From: Candidatus Entotheonellaceae bacterium
GTDB lineage: Bacteria; Tectomicrobia; Entotheonellia; Entotheonellales; Entotheonellaceae
Direction: 5' to 3'
Assembly (NCBI GenBank): GCA_965238075.1
Contig: OZ250173.1
Coordinates: forward strand, 2,112,001-2,176,000
DNA: 64,000 bases
Shown here: positions 58,382 through 64,000 of the stretch, one piece after another
Numbering within the stretch: position 1 is the stretch's first letter
How the letters are laid out: each line of letters starts with the position of its first letter
Translations under genes and position numbers: made by a program
The notes under the pieces: generated by a model
What the model was told of the DNA's origin: nothing
Seen by the model: only the letters and a program-made list of their open reading frames with translations
Database searches by the model: none

Positions 58382-58912
58382 ATGTTCACGGGCGCCTTTG
58401 ACGTTCTCGTCTCCTTCCGGGTGCTGATTCTTTGCCTTCACGTGCTGGCCGTGTTGACCTGGGTCGGGGGTCTGGTCTACCAGGTCATCGTCGTCTTGCC
58501 GGTGGTTGGAAAAGGCATCGCCAGCGTCGCCTCGCTGCGCATCGGCTTGGGCTGCGAGGCGCGCTTCCGAGCCGTGATGTGGCCCGCGGTGGGTATTGCG
58601 CTGTTTACCGGATTGGTGAACCTGATGAACGTCTGGAACGGCCTGCGTCAGGTTGGCGCCAGCCTTCCGGCTGCTTTCGCGTCGCTACTGGTCATCAAGT
58701 TGCTGCTGGTTGCGGGCATGATCCTTTTGCAGGCTGGTCAGCAGTTCGTGGTGTATCCCAAACGCCTGGGCTTGATGGCTCAGGTGGCGCCGGACGCAGC
58801 GGTGCTTCCGGCCGATCTGGCGATCTGGCAACGCCGGGCATTCTGGCTGCATGTCGCCACGGTTTGTCTGGCTGTTCCGGCCATTTTGTGCGCCCTTCTG
58901 CTGCGCGGCTAG
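58382..58912 (+). CDS. CopD/DUF4149-like membrane protein
   Basis: LHVLAVLTWVGG, TG, LVIKLLLV; four TM segments. Confidence 0.65.
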   Translation: MFTGAFDVLVSFRVLILCLHVLAVLTWVGGLVYQVIVVLPVVGKGIASVASLRIGLGCEARFRAVMWPAVGIALFTGLVNLMNVWNGLRQVGASLPAAFASLLVIKLLLVAGMILLQAGQQFVVYPKRLGLMAQVAPDAAVLPADLAIWQRRAFWLHVATVCLAVPAILCALLLRG

Positions 58913-58936
58913 GGCTTGCGGCGGGCGCCTTTCGGC

Positions 58937-58966
58937 TTGACGCAAGCCGCGCCGGTTGCATACAAT
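58937..58966 (+). promoter_or_regulatory. Putative sigma70 promoter for the cytochrome c / USP genes
   Basis: TTGACG, 18-bp spacer, TACAAT. Confidence 0.5.
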
Positions 58967-59080
58967 GGCCCCGTTCTTTCATCCATTTACAATACCAGCC
59001 AAGTTTGCGTTACGTGGGGTAACACACGGCATTTGAGTGACCTGTCAGCGGGTACAGGGAGGAAAGGAGAAGTAGGAATC

Positions 59081-59698
59081 ATGCGAGTGTTAGTGGGGCT
59101 TATCTGTCTTGGCTTGTTCGTTCTTCCGGCACTGGCTGCCGATAAAATTGCCGAGCGGGTTGCCAAAATGGACATTTCAGAAGAACAACTGTTCGCAATC
59201 GGTGAGACGCTGTTCAACACGGAGGGCGCCAACACCTGCCTGAAGTGCCACGGCGCCGGCGGGCACGGCGGCGACCAGGCCGGCGCGGCCGACCTGCGGC
59301 ATCCGCGCACGTGGCGCTCTTATCAGGCCCTCGGCGGCGACGAAGCCTTTAACGCTGACAAGGACGCCTTTCTTGCCAATATGGCCACCGTCATCCACTT
59401 CCTCATCCGCGCGAGCGCCCCGATCTGGAACCTGCGCTTCGCCAAGTCCCACAAGGATATCGAGATGGATTGGTCGCAGGTGACCATCCCCGACAAGGTC
59501 GACAAGTACAACAGCATGATGAAGGGTATCACCTCCGGCCCGATGAAAAAGGCCCTGAAAGCCATGGCCAAGCAGTTCAAGGCCGACAACGGCACAAAGC
59601 TCAAATCAAAGGATCAGAAAGACGTGGCGGCCGTGGGCGCCTATTTGTATGTCCGCTCTTTCGATGATGGTAGCGACAAGGCCGGGGTGTTCAAATAA
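59081..59698 (+). CDS. Periplasmic monohaem c-type cytochrome
   Basis: Signal peptide (ALA-A), CLKCHG, Met- and Lys-rich C-terminal half. Confidence 0.85.
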   Translation: MRVLVGLICLGLFVLPALAADKIAERVAKMDISEEQLFAIGETLFNTEGANTCLKCHGAGGHGGDQAGAADLRHPRTWRSYQALGGDEAFNADKDAFLANMATVIHFLIRASAPIWNLRFAKSHKDIEMDWSQVTIPDKVDKYNSMMKGITSGPMKKALKAMAKQFKADNGTKLKSKDQKDVAAVGAYLYVRSFDDGSDKAGVFK

Positions 59699-59768
59699 CC
59701 GCTCGTCAGGGAAGCGTGTGTGAGGGCTTGGTGGTTGGTTGTTGGGAAGCTCAAACGAAGGAGAGGCG

Positions 59769-61592
59769 ATGTTCAAGAAAATCTACGTGCCTGTTGATAA
59801 TTCCGAATACGCGAATCACGCCATCGATCTGGCGTTGACACTTGCCAAGCCCTGGAATGCCACCCTCGTGGGCAGTCACGTCTACGCTGCCAAGATGCAC
59901 GATTACCGCTTCAAGCAAATGGAATATACCCTGCCGGAGGAATACCAGGACGAGACCGAGCTGGAGCGGCAGCGCAAGATTCACGACTCGCTCATCACCC
60001 TCGGGTTGCGGCTCATCTCCGATTCCTACCTCGATGTCCTGAAGGCGCGCTGCGAAGAAGCGTCCCTGCCGTTCGAGGCCAAGACGTTCGACGGCAAGCA
60101 CCACAAGGTCCTCGTGGATGACATCGCCCAGAGCGACTACGACCTGGTTGTGATGGGAGCCCTCGGCATTGGCGCGGTGAAGGAAAGCCAGCTCGGCAGC
60201 GTGTGCGAGCGCGTCGTTCGACGGGTGCAGCGCGACGTGCTGGTGGTCAAGAATTTCCGACCGCCTACCGCCGGAGACAAAATCCTCGTCGGTATCGACG
60301 GCAGCCCGCAGTCCTTTGGCGGCCTCAAGACGGCCATCGAGCTGAGCAAGACTTACAACAAGCCCATCGAGGCGATCTCCGTTTACGACCCCTTCCTGCA
60401 CTATGTTGCGTTCAATGGCATCGTCGACGTGCTGTCGGAGCAGGCTTCCAAGGTCTTCCGCTTCAAGGAGCAGGAGCAGTTGCATGAGGAGATTATCGAC
60501 ACCGGCCTGGCCAAGATCTACCAGTCCCACCTGGAAGTGGCCCGCGACATCGCCCGGCAGGAGGGTGTCGACATCGAGTTGACGCTGCTGCCCGGCAAGG
60601 TGTTCGAAAAGGTGTTGCGGCATGCCCACAAGATCCAGCCGTGGCTGTTGATCCTCGGGCGTATCGGCATTCACAGCCAGCGGGACGAAATGGACCTCGG
60701 CAGCAATACCGAAAATCTCCTGCGGCTGGCTCCCTGCCACGTCCTGCTTTCCAGCAGCGTGTACGTGCCGCCGCTGGATCAGCGGGCCGAGGAAAGTGTC
60801 AACTGGACGGAAGAGGCCGAAGCGCGCATGGAGCGCGTGCCGCCTCTGGTCAAGGGCATCGCCCGCACGGCCATTCTGCGGTTCGCCATGGAGGGCGGCA
60901 ACTCGGTGGTCACGTCGGACGTCATCGAACAGGCGATGGTCGCCTTCATGCCGGGATATACCGGCAAGATGATGGGCAAGGCGGCCAAGGTGCTGGCCAT
61001 CGACAAGGTGCGGCAAGAACCCGCGTTGACCTACATCTGCTCGTCGTGCGGCTACACCGCCAAATCGGCGAATCCGGCGCGATGCCCGGTCTGCAGCGCC
61101 ACTGCCGAGCAGTTCCAGGTCATTGATCGTCAGGTCGTGGAGGCGATTGCCGAGGCCGAGGGAACGACCCTGGAAGAGGCCGCCTTCGACGGCAAGAAGC
61201 TGAAATGGTCGGCAGAAGCGCGGCGCGCCCTGCGTGAAGTGCCGGACGCCTATCTCCGGCGGCGTGCCAAGGCGCGCATCGAAAAGGCGGCGCGCATGCA
61301 GAAGCTGCCGACCATTACCCGCGACCTGGCGCTGCCGTTTATCGACGAGACGGTCGGCAGCGACCGCCTCGACGCCACCGGCTCCGCCGAAGCGGCTGCC
61401 GCCGCGCCTGCTGAGAACGGCGAGCGCCGCCCCGTGCCGCGCCCGTCGCAGCCGCTGCGCACCCAGCCGGGCGTTTCTGATAATCCCGCCCTGGACTGGA
61501 CCAATGATGACGGCAACCTGAACGAGATTGGCGCCGGCCGGGTCGTGATTACCTCGATGCCCGCGCATGGCGATTCGGACAGGGGAGAGTAG
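59769..61592 (+). CDS. Tandem USP-domain protein with PCP_red and rubredoxin-like domains
   Basis: KKIYVPVDNS...LGSV; KILVGIDGS...LGSN; WTEEAEARMERVP; CSSCG...CPVC; WSAEARRALREVP. Confidence 0.85.
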   Translation: MFKKIYVPVDNSEYANHAIDLALTLAKPWNATLVGSHVYAAKMHDYRFKQMEYTLPEEYQDETELERQRKIHDSLITLGLRLISDSYLDVLKARCEEASLPFEAKTFDGKHHKVLVDDIAQSDYDLVVMGALGIGAVKESQLGSVCERVVRRVQRDVLVVKNFRPPTAGDKILVGIDGSPQSFGGLKTAIELSKTYNKPIEAISVYDPFLHYVAFNGIVDVLSEQASKVFRFKEQEQLHEEIIDTGLAKIYQSHLEVARDIARQEGVDIELTLLPGKVFEKVLRHAHKIQPWLLILGRIGIHSQRDEMDLGSNTENLLRLAPCHVLLSSSVYVPPLDQRAEESVNWTEEAEARMERVPPLVKGIARTAILRFAMEGGNSVVTSDVIEQAMVAFMPGYTGKMMGKAAKVLAIDKVRQEPALTYICSSCGYTAKSANPARCPVCSATAEQFQVIDRQVVEAIAEAEGTTLEEAAFDGKKLKWSAEARRALREVPDAYLRRRAKARIEKAARMQKLPTITRDLALPFIDETVGSDRLDATGSAEAAAAAPAENGERRPVPRPSQPLRTQPGVSDNPALDWTNDDGNLNEIGAGRVVITSMPAHGDSDRGE

Positions 61593-61668
61593 GACCGATC
61601 GGATTCCGTTATCGTTTCCTGTGAGGGGCATGGGCTTGCCATGCCCCTCACGTTCGTTTAGGAGCCTT

Positions 61669-62565
61669 ATGCCAAAGCGCTACCGGGACATCACCGGCGA
61701 CGGCGGCTCGAACATTGCTGGCCAAGTGTCGGCGCAGGCCGAGCGTCTCAAGGCCCGCATGGCCGGTGTTCGGCACACTATCGCGGTCATGAGCGGCAAG
61801 GGCGGCGTGGGCAAGAGCGCCATCACCACCAACTTGGCGGCGTACTTCGCCAGGGAAGGCTGGCGCGTTGGGGTCGTTGACGCGGACATCAACGGACCCT
61901 CGATCGCCAAGATGCTCGGTGTGCGCGGCCATTCGCTCAACCTCGACGCCGGCGGCGTTTTCCCGGCCCTCGGCCCCCTCGACATCCGCGTGATTTCCAT
62001 GGACCTCTTCCTGAAGGAAGATCAGACGCCGGTCGTCTGGGACGGCCCGCAAGCCGAGACCTTCGTCTGGCGCGGCACCATGGAAATGCACACCCTGCGC
62101 GAGTTTCTCGCCGATGTGCATTGGGGCGAACTGGATATTCTGCTTATCGACCTTCCCCCCGGCACCGACCGCTTGGCTACCCTCCACGACCTGCTGCCCG
62201 ACCTGCACGGCAGCGTCGTTGTGACCATTCCGTCGGCTGTTTCCCAGCTGATCGTCTCGAAGTCGATCACCATGGCGCGCGATCTCTTGCACACGCCTGT
62301 CATTGGCCTGGTGGAAAACATGACGGCCTACGTCTGCCCCACCTGCGGCGCCACGCACCCGCTTTTCGCCCCCCCGCCGCAGGCTGAGACGCTTGCCGGC
62401 GTGCCATTGCTGGGCCGCGTGCCCTTCGATCCCCGCATGGCGCTGGCCGGCGACAAGGGGGTGCCGTTCATCCTCGAAGACGCCACGTCCCCGGCTGCCC
62501 AAGCCCTCGCGCAGGTGGGGGAGGGCGTCCTGAACTTTGTCAACTCCGGGAGTCCCGTATCATGA
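61669..62565 (+). CDS. Mrp/NBP35 (ApbC) Fe-S cluster carrier ATPase
   Basis: SGKGGVGKS, DADINGPS, DLPPGT, GLVENM, CPTCG; start at ATG 61669 after AGGAG. Confidence 0.9.
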   Translation: MPKRYRDITGDGGSNIAGQVSAQAERLKARMAGVRHTIAVMSGKGGVGKSAITTNLAAYFAREGWRVGVVDADINGPSIAKMLGVRGHSLNLDAGGVFPALGPLDIRVISMDLFLKEDQTPVVWDGPQAETFVWRGTMEMHTLREFLADVHWGELDILLIDLPPGTDRLATLHDLLPDLHGSVVVTIPSAVSQLIVSKSITMARDLLHTPVIGLVENMTAYVCPTCGATHPLFAPPPQAETLAGVPLLGRVPFDPRMALAGDKGVPFILEDATSPAAQALAQVGEGVLNFVNSGSPVS

Positions 62566-63062
62566 AATTTGTCTGTATCGAGTGCGATGAGCCGATGAAG
62601 TTTGCCAAGAACGACGGCCTGGATGACGACGGCTCACTGTCGGTGAGCTTTCTGTGTCCCAGTTGCGAGTGGGGCGTGACGCTCTTGACCAACCCGCAGG
62701 AAACGCAGATGGTGCGGTCGCTGGGCGTGAAGATCGGCGGCAGCACTGTGCCCCCGAAGCCCATGGAGATGCTGCAAACGCATCTGGCCGGGCAGCGCTC
62801 CGAATCCCGGGAAGTGGCCGTGCAGGAGCCCGCCAGCGGCTCGGCCTGCCCGTTTTCCGCCCTGGTTCAGGACGTTTATCAAGAGACCGAGGCGCCGGTC
62901 GCTCTGCCGTGGTCTGCAGAGGCGACCGAACGCCTGCAACGGGTGCCGGAATTCATTCGGCCCATGGCGCAGAAGGGAATCGAGACGTTTGCCCGCGAAC
63001 AGGGCGTCGCCGAGATCACGCCGAACGTGATGGAAGCGGCCCGGGAACACATGGGCATGTAA
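62562..63062 (+). CDS. Zn-ribbon (CxxC...CxxC) plus PCP_red domain protein
   Basis: CIEC, CPSC, CPF, WSAEATERLQRVPEFIRPMA..GIE.FA...G...IT; ATGA overlap with mrp. Confidence 0.8.
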   Translation: MKFVCIECDEPMKFAKNDGLDDDGSLSVSFLCPSCEWGVTLLTNPQETQMVRSLGVKIGGSTVPPKPMEMLQTHLAGQRSESREVAVQEPASGSACPFSALVQDVYQETEAPVALPWSAEATERLQRVPEFIRPMAQKGIETFAREQGVAEITPNVMEAAREHMGM

Positions 63063-63076
63063 GGTGAGGGGCGGGG

Positions 63077-63529
63077 TTATTCTTTTTTGTGCATATAGCC
63101 CAGCAGGCGGCGCATTGAGCGGTGGTATTCCTGTATGCTGCAACGGCTGCAAACCTGGTCTTTCTTCTCGATGCCCTTGTCGCTGGCGCGCGTCATGTAG
63201 AGCCAATTGAAATAGCCCTCGTCCACGTGGTAGAGCCGGTAGACCACGTCCACGCCCAGTATCTCCCGCACCTGCACCAGACAGTCGTCCTCGTTGCAAT
63301 TCGCGGCTTGCGCCTCTGCCTGCTGCACCTGTTCCCGCGGCAGCAGCGTGTAATATTCCGATAACGCCGCCCACAGACCGTCTGTCACGGCCTTCTTTTC
63401 CTCCGAGCCCACACCCTTCATCAGGGTGGTCATCACCGCCGCGTTCGTCTTCTCCTCAGCCTGCGCAAAAGGCCCCGCGAGGCACGTCAGCAATACCATG
63501 CCGCAGGCCAGTCCCAGCTTCCACCTCAT
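63077..63529 (-). CDS. Hypothetical exported protein
   Basis: Signal peptide (AQA), Cys pairs CNEDDC and CSRC; AGGAGA RBS. Confidence 0.65.
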   Translation of the reverse strand: MRWKLGLACGMVLLTCLAGPFAQAEEKTNAAVMTTLMKGVGSEEKKAVTDGLWAALSEYYTLLPREQVQQAEAQAANCNEDDCLVQVREILGVDVVYRLYHVDEGYFNWLYMTRASDKGIEKKDQVCSRCSIQEYHRSMRRLLGYMHKKE

Positions 63530-63555
63530 CTACGCTTCTCCTTTGTCCTTGTGGT

Positions 63556-63697
63556 CCCCTCCCCCCTCCGCGGGGGAGGGCTAGGGAGAGGGGGATGCTC
63601 CCGCATGCTGCCCGCTACCCACCCACAATCAGGCGGGCTTCAAAACACACGAAATCGACAAGATGTCTCCCGGCTCCCGCCAGGGGAGAGGGGGAGG
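63556..63697. repeat. C/G-run REP-like palindromes
   Basis: CCCCTCCCCCCTCCGCGGGGGAGGGCTAGGGAGAGGGG and CTCCCGCCAGGGGAGAGGGGG resemble the palindromes inside the 35129 MITE. Confidence 0.55.
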
Positions 63698-63842
63698 AAA
63701 AACGCCTTGTCTCAAACGGGAAGCATATATAGAAATTCCAACCATGGTGTCATTTGGCAGCCAAGCCAAACGAGAAAGGTCGGAGGCGAACCCCCGACCG
63801 CCCCAAGTATTCCTGTCGGGCAGGGGGTTTGTCAACCGGCTG

Positions 63843-64000
63843 TCACGCCTCGTCGTGCATCCGCCAAAACGCCGCGATGTCCTGCTGAAAGTCGCTCGTG
63901 ACCAGTTCGCGGGGCGTTTTAGCGTACCAATGGGACGGGAATAGCGACGCGTAGTTGCTGTGGGAAAACCGTTTGTCCACCAGCACGACGATGCCGACAT
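63843..64000 (-). CDS. C-terminus of a DinG/Rad3-like ATP-dependent helicase (partial)
   Basis: Manual translation gives VGIVVLVDKRFSHSNYASLFPSHW...IAAFWRMHDEA*, matching the DxGxxxLxDxRF tail of this family. Confidence 0.6.
   Translation of the reverse strand, partial: VGIVVLVDKRFSHSNYASLFPSHWYAKTPRELVTSDFQQDIAAFWRMHDEA

Noticed and set aside
63629-64000. ORF-track 123-aa minus-strand ORF
   Set aside because: A different minus-strand frame (stop at 63843) gives a DinG-like C-terminus; the listed ORF is its shadow and runs into repeats.

Overview
GC-rich bacterial chromosomal window with about 60 CDS and no rRNA, tRNA or CRISPR array that I could see. Taxonomy cannot be fixed from the sequence; the gene mix loosely recalls Tectomicrobia/Nitrospinota-like lineages, which is inference only. 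Layout: (1) 1-30.2 kb is housekeeping and metabolic: ThDP enzyme, PPi-type Pfk, SDR, acpS, Cof, aminotransferase, MFS, a lipoprotein subtilase with a beta-barrel-like tail, a GT2/ParB-like/GalT-like trio, peptide ABC binding protein plus permeases, nfeD-SPFH, msrB, NAD-linked formate dehydrogenase, mobA, an EF-P with an atypical PGNVRG loop, a LigB-like dioxygenase, a Rid protein and a BNR-repeat protein. (2) 30.5-41.3 kb is a defence island: intact type III res translationally coupled to an uncharacterised two-gene cassette, an orphan hicB hit by a 200-bp MITE, a mod gene broken by both a frameshift and a 926-bp IS5-family element, and a RelE-like/UvrD helicase fusion. (3) 44.9-59.7 kb is a long co-directional respiratory cluster in which a CydB-less, divergent cytochrome bd subunit I-like protein and three c-type cytochromes sit directly in front of a complete A1-type aa3 oxidase. 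(4) 59.8-63.1 kb is a USP/rubredoxin/PCP_red - Mrp - Zn-ribbon/PCP_red operon. The best candidates for poorly described systems are the bd-like/cytochrome c/aa3 module, the cassette nested in the type III R-M locus, and the PCP_red-repeat operon. All family calls come from recognising motifs by eye; no database search was run.
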